NCBI GenBank assembly: GCA_018304465.1
Contig: JAGVWC010000008.1
Location: 64,001-128,000, forward strand
DNA: 64,000 nt
Reading direction: 5' to 3'
Origin: Candidatus Iainarchaeum sp.
GTDB taxonomy: Archaea; Iainarchaeota; Iainarchaeia; Iainarchaeales; JAGVWC01
Below, piece after piece: positions 27,952 to 37,874 of this stretch. The position numbers were made by a program, and so were the translations under genes. The notes under the pieces are model-generated. The model searched no databases and was not told the origin of the DNA. It saw only the letters and a list, made by a program, of their open reading frames with translations. Position 1 is the first letter of the stretch, and each line of letters begins with the position of its first letter.

Positions 27952-29049
27952 CTAAAACGGCCTTGAATTTCGTCTTAATTGCAAGGCGACGTTTCGGCTT
28001 AATTTGTCGCGAATCTTGTTGAACACCAAATCGATTTCTTCCGGAGTCAATTTGGCGCGCATATCCGCTTCGATCAACACGCTCGGATACGCGTACTCGC
28101 GGTGCAGACTCGACAATCCTGCAACCGTGCACGCAACGCGGTCCGCTTGCTCGGAAAGCGACCGTTTTTTCGAGGATAAAAATTCCACGCGAAGCGGGCG
28201 ATCCAAAGCGCTTGGTTTCAGATAACACGCAAAAATGCGTTCGCCCCACGGCGCCAAATCGTTTAAAATCGGGTGCTCGGCCACCTTTTTGGTGTACGAA
28301 AACGCGAAGCTTCGCTCGAAACGATTCAACAAATAATTCAACAACACCGAATCCGAAACCGCTTCCAATTCGTTTAATTCCCGCGAAAACGCCGGCAGCA
28401 ACGACTGTGACAAAATACTTCGAAACCGGTTTCCGCGCGAGTCCTCGACGCACCCCACAAGTTCGCAATCGAATTTTTCGGCGGTTTCATACAACGATCG
28501 AAACGCGTCCAGCAAGCGATGGTATTCGCTGGTAAGACCCGAATCTTTCGGCGGTTTGTCGGCATACTGCGGAATCAAAGAACCGTCCAGCAGGCAAAAA
28601 TCCGGTTTTTTCTTTTCGATCATTTCCCGCGCCATGGAAATTTCTTCGCGCAAACGAATCAAAGACTTGGATTGCTCCAATTCATGCAAATCCAGAATCG
28701 ACGCTCCGAACAAAAACGGTTTTGGAAACTGAAAAAAACTCGGTTCATACTCGGCCGAAACCAACGAACCGTTTTCAAACGAAAAACACACGCCGACGCA
28801 TCGAACCAGCACCACGTCCACCGAATGCAGCGACTTGACGCAAAAACCCGAATCCACTCCAACGACTTTCACATCGCCGACCAACGCGGGACACGGCCGA
28901 ATAAACTGGGATTCGCGCACTTCCGGCAAATTTTTCTTGGACAAATCTTCTTCGCGCAAAAACGCCAACCCTTTGGCCAAAATCACGCGTTTTCGCTCGT
29001 TGGAATGAATCGTTTCGACGGCTTCGTTAATGAGATCGTTGAACTGCAT
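27952..29049 (-). CDS. nurA: NurA nuclease
   Basis: VGVDSG, LLDGSL, YAYPSVLIEAD; upstream of herA on the same strand. Confidence 0.9.
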   Translation of the reverse strand: MQFNDLINEAVETIHSNERKRVILAKGLAFLREEDLSKKNLPEVRESQFIRPCPALVGDVKVVGVDSGFCVKSLHSVDVVLVRCVGVCFSFENGSLVSAEYEPSFFQFPKPFLFGASILDLHELEQSKSLIRLREEISMAREMIEKKKPDFCLLDGSLIPQYADKPPKDSGLTSEYHRLLDAFRSLYETAEKFDCELVGCVEDSRGNRFRSILSQSLLPAFSRELNELEAVSDSVLLNYLLNRFERSFAFSYTKKVAEHPILNDLAPWGERIFACYLKPSALDRPLRVEFLSSKKRSLSEQADRVACTVAGLSSLHREYAYPSVLIEADMRAKLTPEEIDLVFNKIRDKLSRNVALQLRRNSRPF

Positions 29050-29241
29050 CCAGCAAAGAAAAAACAAAAAACTGTTTAAAAAAGGCAATTGGGCAGGATT
29101 GCCGCTGACCCGGTTGTTTCCGTCGCAAAAAACCCCGAATAACCGGTTTTAAAAAGACCGGGCAAGGGTTTAAATAAATTGAGGGCGTTTGTATTTCAGA
29201 CAAAAAAATAGCGATCTTTAACGCTTACAAAGGTGTTTTTT

Positions 29242-29670
29242 ATGAAAGCAAAATTCGAAGTAACCCAAACCATCCAACCCTGGGGCCCCCCGTTCGATAA
29301 AAAAGTCGAAACCAAGAACTACGCGGTCACAGAAAACGAAAAATTTGATGCCATGCCCAAAACCAATTCCCCCGTATTCACCTTGCTTCGCATCGGCACG
29401 GATAAAGCATTGATCAAGTACCACTTGGAATTCACGCTTAAAGGATACGTTCAACCCCAAAACAAGGAAATCTGGATCGAAAAAGACGAAAGCAAAGAAC
29501 TCTCATTTTTATGGGGTGACGATGGCCTCACCAAAAAAATCACGTACATCGGAGTCGAAGCAGGCACCGGAGAACCGTCCATCGAATCAAAACCCAGCCG
29601 AAGCAACGAAGACCGACGCCTAACGGAACACACCGAAATCATTCCCGCCCAAAAACGACCCGTATTCTAA
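29242..29670 (+). CDS. Hypothetical protein
   Basis: AGGTG SD and TTTAAATA TATA-like box upstream; typical codon style. Confidence 0.65.
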   Translation: MKAKFEVTQTIQPWGPPFDKKVETKNYAVTENEKFDAMPKTNSPVFTLLRIGTDKALIKYHLEFTLKGYVQPQNKEIWIEKDESKELSFLWGDDGLTKKITYIGVEAGTGEPSIESKPSRSNEDRRLTEHTEIIPAQKRPVF

Positions 29671-29754
29671 TTCTTTTTTCCCATTTTTTCCGTTTTTGGC
29701 ATCCTACAAAAATAAATAGTCCAAACAGCGTACATTACTCGGAGGAATCAGAAT

Positions 29755-29886
29755 ATGGCAAAACCACGCGGACCAAAACCAAAAAATTTCAAACCCGGAT
29801 CGCCAAAAGGCGGGCAAGTCATGACCAAAAACGGCTGGGTCATCGATAAACAAACCGGACAAAGAGTATTCAGAAAAAGAAAATGA
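29755..29886 (+). CDS. Small basic protein (43 aa, not in ORF track)
   Basis: GGAGGA SD; MAKPRGPKPKNFKPGSPKGGQVMTKNGWVIDKQTGQRVFRKRK. Confidence 0.6.
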   Translation: MAKPRGPKPKNFKPGSPKGGQVMTKNGWVIDKQTGQRVFRKRK

Positions 29887-29911
29887 TCTTTCCAACGGAG
29901 TGACAAACCAC

Positions 29912-30271
29912 ATGGGTTCATTCGAATACAAGCAAGCCATCATCGTACGAAACGACCTGAAAATGGGAAAAGGAAAAATCGCCGCGCAAAGCGCCCACGC
30001 AGCGCTTGAAGCCGTCGAAAAAGCCCGCGCCAAATATCCCGAATGGCTCGCCGCCTGGAAAACCCAAGGCCAAGCCAAAATCGTTCTCAAAGTCGATTCC
30101 GAAACCGAAATCGTCGAACTATTCGAAAACGCAAAACGCGAACTCCCCTCCGCACTGATTCACGACGCGGGCCACACGCAAGTAACCCCCGGTTCGATTA
30201 CCGCCATCGCGATCGGACCCGGACCCAGCGACAAAATCGACCGGTACACGAAAAAACTCAAACTGTTGTAA
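29912..30271 (+). CDS. pth2: Peptidyl-tRNA hydrolase Pth2
   Basis: DLKMGKGKIAAQSAHA, KIVLK, DAGHTQ, IGPGP. Confidence 0.95.
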   Translation: MGSFEYKQAIIVRNDLKMGKGKIAAQSAHAALEAVEKARAKYPEWLAAWKTQGQAKIVLKVDSETEIVELFENAKRELPSALIHDAGHTQVTPGSITAIAIGPGPSDKIDRYTKKLKLL

Positions 30272-30321
30272 TCGGATGGTTGCACCAAAAACCCCATATA
30301 AATCAAAACCCAGTATCGTTC

Positions 30322-30807
30322 ATGCCATTCACACCGTTTCATTTGGGCCCCGGATTATTCTTCGGAACCGTATTATTCGGATTACTGCATTTTCCAGCGT
30401 TTTTGGCGGCAAACCTGCTGCCTGACATCGAACCATTATTGATCATTCTCACCAACACACCCCAACCGCTCCACGGTTTTTTTCACACCTTCCTCGGGGC
30501 CACGTTGCTTGGAATCGGTTTCGGATTACTCATGGTGCGATTGGATCCGTGGATTCAAAAAATTCTACAACCGATTTCCTTGAACCAATCGTTTCCCCGA
30601 TTTCAAATCATCGCAAGCGCGGTGATCGGAACCAACCTGCATGTCTTGTTCGACGCGCCGTTATATTCCGACATTACGCCTTTTTTCCCCCTCGTTGAAA
30701 ATTTCCTGTTTGAAACGGTTTCTTCATCGAACGCCTACACGCTATGCGTGGTCCTGGGACTCATCGGAATCGTTTTGGGAACCAACCGCCTTCTAAAAAC
30801 CCATTGA
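30322..30807 (+). CDS. Membrane-bound metal-dependent hydrolase-like protein
   Basis: MPFTPFH, PDIE, LHGFFHT and HVLFD motifs. Confidence 0.8.
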   Translation: MPFTPFHLGPGLFFGTVLFGLLHFPAFLAANLLPDIEPLLIILTNTPQPLHGFFHTFLGATLLGIGFGLLMVRLDPWIQKILQPISLNQSFPRFQIIASAVIGTNLHVLFDAPLYSDITPFFPLVENFLFETVSSSNAYTLCVVLGLIGIVLGTNRLLKTH

Positions 30808-30842
30808 AACCGTTAAAAACCACTTGCCAACACAAGGTTACC

Positions 30843-31619
30843 ATGGGATTGTTTTATCACGCCAAAAAAGCGGTGGACGAAGCCGACGTCGTCATAGAAA
30901 TTCTGGACGCGCGTTTTCCGGACTTGACGCGAAACACCGAAATGGAAGAACACATCCAGCGAAAACGAAAACAACTCGTGTTCGTGTTAAACAAAAGCGA
31001 CTTGACCACCAAAGAAACCGCGGAAAAAAACAAAAAAGAATTATCCAAAATCGCTCCCACGGTATTCGTATCCGTCAAACAAAAACAAGGAACCGCGATT
31101 TTGCGCAACGAACTCAAACGCGTGGTTCACAGCAAATTCGGAAAAAAAAACAGCCGTCACCGAAAAGTACTGGTCGCAATCATCGGATACCCGAACACAG
31201 GAAAATCAAGCATCTTAAACGCGCTCACGGGCCGACGCAGCGCGAAAACATCCGCGCAAGCCGGTTACACGCGCGGACGCCAATTCATCAAACTCGAAGA
31301 CGATCTTTTTCTCGTTGATTCGCCCGGCGTCATTCCGTTTCTCAAACGTGACGACATCGAACTCGCATTGGTCGGCGCCAAAAGTCCGAACCAATTGCCC
31401 GACGTCGAAGGCGCGGCACTTGGAATCCTCGATTACATGAAAAAAGAAAACCCAAACAGCTGGACGGAAAACTTCGGATTCGACGCGACCGACAGCCAAG
31501 AAATGCTCGACCGCATCGCCAAAGCAAAAAAAAGGCTGCTTAAAGGCGGCGGAGCGGACACCGAAAACACGTCGAAAATCGTGGTGCAAGACTGGCAAAA
31601 CGGAAAAATCAGAGTATAG
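30843..31619 (+). CDS. Circularly permuted ribosome-biogenesis GTPase (RbgA/YlqF family)
   Basis: DARFP, NKSD (G4) before GYPNTGKSS (G1), DSPGV (G3). Confidence 0.92.
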   Translation: MGLFYHAKKAVDEADVVIEILDARFPDLTRNTEMEEHIQRKRKQLVFVLNKSDLTTKETAEKNKKELSKIAPTVFVSVKQKQGTAILRNELKRVVHSKFGKKNSRHRKVLVAIIGYPNTGKSSILNALTGRRSAKTSAQAGYTRGRQFIKLEDDLFLVDSPGVIPFLKRDDIELALVGAKSPNQLPDVEGAALGILDYMKKENPNSWTENFGFDATDSQEMLDRIAKAKKRLLKGGGADTENTSKIVVQDWQNGKIRV

Positions 31620-31666
31620 GTTCTAAAGAGAAAAAGGTTAAAAAGAACGAAAACCAACAACAATAC

Positions 31667-32164
31667 ATGACGACTTGGAAAACGATTTCGCTTTTTTTTC
31701 TTCTGTTGCTCGGCCTTGTTCACGGACAATCCAGCCCCAATATTTACATTGATCGCGTTGAATTTCCCGCGCAATTCGACGTGCTACGCAACAACGATTT
31801 CAATGTTTTTGTCGGAAACAACGAAACCACTTCGAAAGCGTTCAAGATCGACGTTTATTGCTTTGACAGCGCCGGCACCGAAGTAGAACACGTCGGCGCG
31901 CCAAACACCAATGTCGCCGCTCAAACCACCGCTAAAATCCAAGTGATTTTTCCACTCACCCCACCGTCCCCGTTTTCTCCCGAAACCACGTATCCCTGCC
32001 GCGTGGACGCCGTCGTCGGCGCCACCACCAAAACCACAACGGTTTTCATCAACGCCCACCAAAAACCCCAAACCACCGTTCCCGAAATCCCCAACGGATT
32101 CGTACTCGGACTAGGCGGATTAATCGTCGCGATTATTTTTTTAATCAGGAAAAACGAGGAATAG
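31667..32164 (+). CDS. Secreted Ig-like protein with VPE-TM-basic C-terminal sorting-like signal
   Basis: Signal peptide; ends TVPEIPNGFVLGLGGLIVAIIFLIRKNEE. Confidence 0.7.
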   Translation: MTTWKTISLFFLLLLGLVHGQSSPNIYIDRVEFPAQFDVLRNNDFNVFVGNNETTSKAFKIDVYCFDSAGTEVEHVGAPNTNVAAQTTAKIQVIFPLTPPSPFSPETTYPCRVDAVVGATTKTTTVFINAHQKPQTTVPEIPNGFVLGLGGLIVAIIFLIRKNEE

Positions 32165-32170
32165 ATACCC

Positions 32171-32827
32171 ATGACCAGTGACAACAACATCATTGACATC
32201 ATCCGAAAAATGATCAAATCCGGATACACGCAAGAACAAATCGAACAAAACCTCTCCGAACTCGGCGTGACTGCGGAAAAAGCGCAGCGCCTGATCATGA
32301 TCAGCCAAAGCGATGTCCAAGACGCGATTCAAACCGAAATCAATCAAATCGTCCATGACCAAATGGAAAAAGAACGCCAACGATTACTGGTCGAACTCAA
32401 AGAAGAAATCAGTCGCCAGGAAACCGAAGCCGAAAACCGCCTGGAACAAAAAATGCGACAAGAACAAGCGGAATACGCCAAAAACCAGGAAACCAAAATG
32501 GCCAACGACGAAATCCAATTATCCCAAGGCGTTAACAAAGCCCTTGAAATCAGCCAACTGGCACGCGAAAAAGCCATACTGCAAGAACAACGCATCAACG
32601 CGATTCAAGCCCAAGGACCCCGCTACAGCGACGTTCCCCGAGAACACCACCGCGGAACCCGCGTGCTCCAAATCCTCTTTTTTCTCGCCGGCGTAGGCGT
32701 TGCCGCGTTCACCCTGTATTACATTTTCGCAAACCAAGACGCCACGTTCACCGGAGACAACGTGTACATTGTCGTCGGCATGGCGATTTTTGCCGTGGTC
32801 ATCATGTACCTAAGCACGCTTGCCTGA
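32171..32827 (+). CDS. Coiled-coil protein with two C-terminal TM helices
   Basis: E/Q/K-rich helical region; hydrophobic tail. Confidence 0.75.
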   Translation: MTSDNNIIDIIRKMIKSGYTQEQIEQNLSELGVTAEKAQRLIMISQSDVQDAIQTEINQIVHDQMEKERQRLLVELKEEISRQETEAENRLEQKMRQEQAEYAKNQETKMANDEIQLSQGVNKALEISQLAREKAILQEQRINAIQAQGPRYSDVPREHHRGTRVLQILFFLAGVGVAAFTLYYIFANQDATFTGDNVYIVVGMAIFAVVIMYLSTLA

Positions 32828-32834
32828 AGGAAAG

Positions 32835-33191
32835 ATGGATATGAATCGCGCGCGAATTTCCCTTCGAAATCTCATCAGATTGAAAAAGCCGCATCCGGTC
32901 CCGCGCCCCGTCAGTGGTTTTTCAAACCCCGAACGCATGCAAGAACGACTGGTTCATCAAATCACGCGCCTGCCCGGACGATTCCACCCGAATTACAAAA
33001 ACGGGATCGAAGGATTGACCGCCACGGTTTCGCAACAAATACGCCTGGCCATCACCGCGCCCCGCATCGGTTTTCGAATCGGACTGCTTGAAACCGCAAC
33101 GGGTCTACGCGAAGTTCGGTTAGAATTAGAACGCGGAAAACCCTGCCGACTAACAATCCAACATGTGCAAGAACAACGAAAAGTCGGATAA
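32835..33191 (+). CDS. Arg-rich orphan
   Basis: NRARISLRNLIRLKKPHPVPRP N-terminus; start uncertain. Confidence 0.5.
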   Translation: MDMNRARISLRNLIRLKKPHPVPRPVSGFSNPERMQERLVHQITRLPGRFHPNYKNGIEGLTATVSQQIRLAITAPRIGFRIGLLETATGLREVRLELERGKPCRLTIQHVQEQRKVG

Positions 33192-33207
33192 ACAACCGGG
33201 AAAAAAA

Positions 33208-33348
33208 CTAGTTTTCTCGGGTCAACCGATCGAACTCTTTGAGATTGGTCATCGCGCTTTCAAGCAAAATCCGACGTCGAAGGCTTTTTTCCTTTTCCAG
33301 CCGACGCGACAAATCCAACAAAATTTGGTCCAATTCAATATAGGTCAT
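33208..33348 (-). CDS. Small helical protein (46 aa, not in ORF track)
   Basis: GGTGA SD; MTYIELDQILLDLSRRLEKEKSLRRRILLESAMTNLKEFDRLTREN. Confidence 0.6.
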   Translation of the reverse strand: MTYIELDQILLDLSRRLEKEKSLRRRILLESAMTNLKEFDRLTREN

Positions 33349-33397
33349 ACTTTTTCACCAATCATCCAAGTACAAGGAAATACCACAATTCGATTTT

Positions 33398-33808
33398 TTA
33401 AGGTTTGTTTAAGACGGTTTGCGCTCCGATCAAAACATTAAAATCGATTTTTTTGGCGATCGCGTCCTTGTACGAAATCGCGAATCCCCGGCCGGTTTCA
33501 TGAAACGCCTCTGGCAAGAGAAAAAACCATCCTTGCCGCGGATACTTCCAGGCAAACAACGCGGTACAACCCGCTTTTTTGGCCCACAACAACAAATCGT
33601 CAAACTGAATCCGGTCAATGGACAAATTGTTCTTGGCCCATGCCTTGGCTTCGACCGCAAACGCTTTTCCGTTGCGCAACACCACCAAATCCGGAGAAGT
33701 TAACGCGTTCGTTCCGCTTCCTGCGGCTCGCACCACCGCAAAACCTTGGTCATAAAACAGGCCGATTAGCTCGCGCTCGGCAGCCGAGCCTTTATTATAA
33801 TGCGACAA
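33398..33808 (-). CDS. hjc: Holliday junction resolvase Hjc
   Basis: KGSAAEREL, VVRAAGSG, PDLV, VEAK. Confidence 0.92.
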   Translation of the reverse strand: MSHYNKGSAAERELIGLFYDQGFAVVRAAGSGTNALTSPDLVVLRNGKAFAVEAKAWAKNNLSIDRIQFDDLLLWAKKAGCTALFAWKYPRQGWFFLLPEAFHETGRGFAISYKDAIAKKIDFNVLIGAQTVLNKP

Positions 33809-34060
33809 GAAAACACCAATTGGGCGTTATATACTAACGAAGACCGAGTACTTAAGGATGACGATCGGTCTTTTTGAAAAAGGCCGGCGAAAAGAAAAAA
33901 TCAAAAAAAGGGTTTTAAGCCTAAATCAACCATAAAAACGGCGATTATGACAAACCAAGGCAAAACCGGCCAGTTAATATTCCTTGCTGTTTTACATTAT
34001 ATAGGAAAATCAGAGTTTAAACAGGCGAATGCCTCTTGAAAAAACCCTACGAGGTTTTTT

Positions 34061-34282
34061 GTGAAAGAAATTGTGCTTAATGCCAAGGTCATTCCGAATG
34101 CAAAACAATTTTGCATCATGGAAGACCCCCTCACACACGAAATCAAAATCAAAACAAAAAATCCGGCCCAAAAAGACAAGGCCAATCAAGAAATTGTCCA
34201 AGAATTGAAAAAAAAATACAAAACCAACGTAACAATTCTGACCGGACACAAAAGCAACCGAAAAAAAATAAAAATCGGTTGA
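34061..34282 (+). CDS. DUF167/YggU family protein
   Basis: KVIPNAK, PAQKDKAN, GHKSNRK. Confidence 0.8.
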   Translation: MKEIVLNAKVIPNAKQFCIMEDPLTHEIKIKTKNPAQKDKANQEIVQELKKKYKTNVTILTGHKSNRKKIKIG

Positions 34283-34358
34283 AAAAACGTGTGAACCAAC
34301 TCTGATTCTCCACTGACAGGGAAACCCCTGAATCAACAACAAATGGAGTGAAAACAAA

Positions 34359-35825
34359 ATGGCCAAGACCTACTTAAGTTCAGCCAAATATCGCATTGTC
34401 GCAAAATTCGAAATATCCGGCATCGTGGACAAACACGACGTCGTCGGAGCCGTCTTCGGACAATCCGAAGGATTACTCGGCGCCAGTATGGATCTCAAAG
34501 AATTACAGCAATCCGGAAAAATCGGCCGCATTGAAATCGAACCGGTGATCATCAACGGAAAAACCACCGGAGCGCTCATTGTTCCATCCAGCATCGATTC
34601 GGTTCAAACCTCGATGCTTGCCGCCGCCATTGAAAGCGTCGACAAAGTCGGCCCATACGACGCCAAGTTCGAAACCGAACGCATCGAAGACACACGCGCC
34701 GAAAAACGCGAAAAAATCACGGATCGCGCCAAAGAACTGCTCGCCAAATTCATGCAGGAACAAACCCCTGACATCGCGGAATTACGCGAAGACATCAGCG
34801 CGGGAGTCCGAACCGCCCAGATGATCGAGTACGGAGCGGACAAATTACCCGCCGGACCCGACGTGGACAAAAGCGAAGAAGTCATTTTGGTGGAAGGACG
34901 CGCAGACGTCATCAACCTGCTCAAAAACGGAATCACCAACGTGATCGCCATGGACGGCGCCAAAGTACCCAACACGGTACTCGAACTCGCCAAAATCAAA
35001 AAAATCGTGGCATTCGTTGACGGAGACCGCGGCGGAGAACTCAACGCGCGAAACCTCAAAGAAATCGCGAACATTCACGCGGTCGTACGCGCACCCGACG
35101 GCAAAGAAGTCGAAGAACTCACCAAAAAAGAAATCCTTCAATGCCTCAAAAAAGAAAGCGACGTCGAACGCGCATTCGGAAACCCCCGAACCGGCGAATC
35201 ACGCTACGGCGACCGAGCCCCTCGAGGAGACCGGCTGCCAAAACGCGGACCGCGCACAATGCGCGACGGACCCAGCGGTCCACGCGACCGACGCGGCAGC
35301 GGAAGATTCAACGACCGCGGACCACGCGACGGATTTAGAAACGGAGGATTTCGAAACGACCGGGGAGGACGCTTTGGCGACCGAAACCAATTCAACCGCC
35401 CGCAACGACCCGCCGGATTCAATTCTTTCGAACCCGGATTCGAACAACCCATGCCGATGACCGAATCGCAAACCAACGTACCCCAAACCATGCCGCGATT
35501 CACGTCACTGCAAACGGTTCATACCAGTGCGACCCAAAACACCGCAGAACGCGACAAATTCCGGCCGATTTTATCCGAAATCAAAGGAACGTTGTCCGCC
35601 AAACTGCTTGACGACAACCACCAAGTCGTGGAACAAAGCACGATCAAGGAACTCTTGATAAAACTCAAAAAATCCAAGAACGTTTCCGCCATCGTGTTTG
35701 ATGGAATCATCACCAAACGACTTGTTGAAGCCGCAAGCAAACAAGGCGTCAAAACCGTGGTTGGAATCAAACTCGGAAAAGTCGAAGATGCCAAAGGCAT
35801 GAACCTGATTGAAATCAAAGAATAA
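34359..35825 (+). CDS. dnaG: Archaeal DnaG (TOPRIM, exosome-associated)
   Basis: DVVGAVFGQSEGLLG, VEGRADV, DGDRGG, DGIITKRL. Confidence 0.95.
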   Translation: MAKTYLSSAKYRIVAKFEISGIVDKHDVVGAVFGQSEGLLGASMDLKELQQSGKIGRIEIEPVIINGKTTGALIVPSSIDSVQTSMLAAAIESVDKVGPYDAKFETERIEDTRAEKREKITDRAKELLAKFMQEQTPDIAELREDISAGVRTAQMIEYGADKLPAGPDVDKSEEVILVEGRADVINLLKNGITNVIAMDGAKVPNTVLELAKIKKIVAFVDGDRGGELNARNLKEIANIHAVVRAPDGKEVEELTKKEILQCLKKESDVERAFGNPRTGESRYGDRAPRGDRLPKRGPRTMRDGPSGPRDRRGSGRFNDRGPRDGFRNGGFRNDRGGRFGDRNQFNRPQRPAGFNSFEPGFEQPMPMTESQTNVPQTMPRFTSLQTVHTSATQNTAERDKFRPILSEIKGTLSAKLLDDNHQVVEQSTIKELLIKLKKSKNVSAIVFDGIITKRLVEAASKQGVKTVVGIKLGKVEDAKGMNLIEIKE

Positions 35826-35831
35826 AACAGT

Positions 35832-35875
35832 CTTTTTGCGTTTTGCAAAAAGCCCGGGGAAACCGTTTTCCCCGG
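35832..35875. terminator. Two adjacent hairpins between convergent genes
   Basis: CTTTTTGC/GCAAAAAG (35832-35852) and CCGGGGAAA/TTTCCCCGG (35854-35875). Confidence 0.45.
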
Positions 35876-35946
35876 CAATTCTTCTTCAGAAAAACGAGTC
35901 ATCCGACTCCAGAAAACAAAAAAAAATAAAAAAAAAGAACCGAAAT

Positions 35947-36348
35947 TCAACGGTGTCTTTTTTTGATGTCCGCCAAATCGCGCACTGATTCTTCAATTGG
36001 AAGCACCATGTGACCGGATTTATAGAAGATGATTCCGATCAACAGAACGATCATCCAAAAAAACACGTTGGCAATCGGACCCAGCAACGCCGCCCAAAAT
36101 TGGGTTGCCGTCAACACCGACTGGCCCGCCCAAATCGAAACACCCGTGGCGCGATACAAGGCTTCTCCGCACACAGCGGCATCCGTTGGTGTACATTGCG
36201 TGAAATTCTGGATCGCGTCCCACGAATCCACCATGAGTGCCACGGCTTTGACAAACATCAAGCCGGCAAACACCAGCAAAAAAACGCCAATCAGTTTCGG
36301 CAAGTGCACTTCACGCCCGCCCAAACGCAATAAAATCAACCGTCTCAA
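35947..36348 (-). CDS. Two-TM hypothetical membrane protein
   Basis: Two hydrophobic helices; AGGTGG upstream. Confidence 0.7.
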   Translation of the reverse strand: MRRLILLRLGGREVHLPKLIGVFLLVFAGLMFVKAVALMVDSWDAIQNFTQCTPTDAAVCGEALYRATGVSIWAGQSVLTATQFWAALLGPIANVFFWMIVLLIGIIFYKSGHMVLPIEESVRDLADIKKRHR

Positions 36349-36434
36349 AAAACCACCTTATGTAGTCATACATACAATATTGGAGTATTTAAAAGTTTCT
36401 TCCAAAGAATTGGTAGTCCACTTTGATTTGCCTT

Positions 36435-36506
36435 GGGCCCGTGGTTTAGTGGTATAACGTCGCATTTACACTGCGAAGGCTGCCGGTTCGATTCCGGCCG
36501 GGCCCA
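36435..36506 (+). tRNA. tRNA-Val(UAC)
   Basis: GGGCCCG/CGGGCCC acceptor, TCGCA-TTTACAC-TGCGA anticodon arm, TTCGATT; no encoded CCA. Confidence 0.95.
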
Positions 36507-37169
36507 CTAACTTTGCGGGTGGATTCCCAAATCCCAAAACGCGTTTTTTCCGCGTTTTGGAACAGATCCCGACCAATTCAAATTCGAAACGCGATAGTCC
36601 GAACCCAAAAATCCCTGCAAATTCTGAAACGAAATCCGTTTTAATTTTCGGCCTTCAAACGACGAACCCGTCAATGATTCCAACACGGAATTGATTTCGC
36701 GCTGAATCGCAGCGACTTTCGGATCATGCAACGCCATTCCGCGTACACCCGCGTTGATGGTTGCGTGCGAACCTCGCGCCACCCGAGTCAACGGATTCCA
36801 ACCGCCCGCCAGCTCTTCAATCAACCGATCCCGCTTTCGCGTCAACAATACCAGTGCATCAATCTGTTTTTTAGTTTCCCGATCGCTTGTTTCCCGGCGC
36901 GCCGAACGCCAGTTTCGAATACGCGCACCCACCGAAAACCATTTGGACTTCGACACCACCGGCTTTTCCGAAGAAACCGCTGACGCGGATCGACTACGCG
37001 AAGCCATCGCACGCAACTCTGCATCGGCTTTTTTCGCGGCGCGTCTATGCGCGCGATTCTGACGCGCAAAAGCAATCGAATCCGATACTCGTGACACCAA
37101 TCGCTTGAAACGCCCGGGTACGGCAGGCGTTTTTTGAACCGGTTTTTTCCTTCGAAGCAACAAACCCAT
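36507..37169 (-). CDS. Very basic orphan
   Basis: MGLLLRRKKPVQKTPAVPGRFKR N-terminus; stop abuts the tRNA-Val 3' end. Confidence 0.65.
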   Translation of the reverse strand: MGLLLRRKKPVQKTPAVPGRFKRLVSRVSDSIAFARQNRAHRRAAKKADAELRAMASRSRSASAVSSEKPVVSKSKWFSVGARIRNWRSARRETSDRETKKQIDALVLLTRKRDRLIEELAGGWNPLTRVARGSHATINAGVRGMALHDPKVAAIQREINSVLESLTGSSFEGRKLKRISFQNLQGFLGSDYRVSNLNWSGSVPKRGKNAFWDLGIHPQS

Positions 37170-37261
37170 GTCGATCGTATTTCTTTGGGCTAACCCCCTA
37201 TTTAAGCGTTGTCCTAAAACCAAAAGTAAGTAATAAAAATCCCAAAAAACAAAAATATGAC

Positions 37262-37669
37262 ATGCCCGCAACAAGGACTGCCTTGAATCGAAACCATGTA
37301 CCGCTTGGCCGAAGAATCAAACACGCGACTCGCGTAACCACGCGTGCGGCCAAAAGTTGGTCGCGCTCCAAAGCCGCCGAATACTGGTCCGCGCAAGCCA
37401 TTCGAAGCCAATTAAAAGAATGGAAAAAAACAGGATTGGAATACTCGTTTCATAACGTACGACTGCGGTTTCGGCCATCCGTTTTAGTAAACCCGAAAAA
37501 AAGAGCGGTATTCAAACGAAGAATAAACGAACTGTTGCGGTTACGCGCCATGATCAACCGGTTTGAAGACGCGCGTGCCGGCAAAAATCCCGATCACTGG
37601 CTTTCGGTAGACCACGCGGGCCATCTGGAACGCTTTCGAACCATCGTTCGCGAACTCAACGAACTTTGA
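37262..37669 (+). CDS. Arg-rich orphan
   Basis: MPATRTALNRNHVPLGRRIKHATR N-terminus. Confidence 0.6.
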   Translation: MPATRTALNRNHVPLGRRIKHATRVTTRAAKSWSRSKAAEYWSAQAIRSQLKEWKKTGLEYSFHNVRLRFRPSVLVNPKKRAVFKRRINELLRLRAMINRFEDARAGKNPDHWLSVDHAGHLERFRTIVRELNEL

Positions 37670-37874
37670 CTAAGCGTTTTTTCCGAACGGGTTTCTTTTT
37701 TTGACTTTTCGCCAGTTTTTTTGCTTTTTGTTTGCGCAGGGACGCGATGTGTTTTTTCAACCGCTTCACGCGGCTCAAAAACCAGGCGTGCAAATGTTTT
37801 TCGGCGACTTTTGAACGCGATTCCAATTGCTTGACTTCGGCGTTTAATTCCGCCAACGAAAAAGGTTTTTTCAT
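37656..37874 (-). CDS. Small Lys-rich helical protein
   Basis: GGTGA SD before ATG 37874. Confidence 0.55.
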   Translation of the reverse strand: MKKPFSLAELNAEVKQLESRSKVAEKHLHAWFLSRVKRLKKHIASLRKQKAKKLAKSQKKKPVRKKRLVKVR

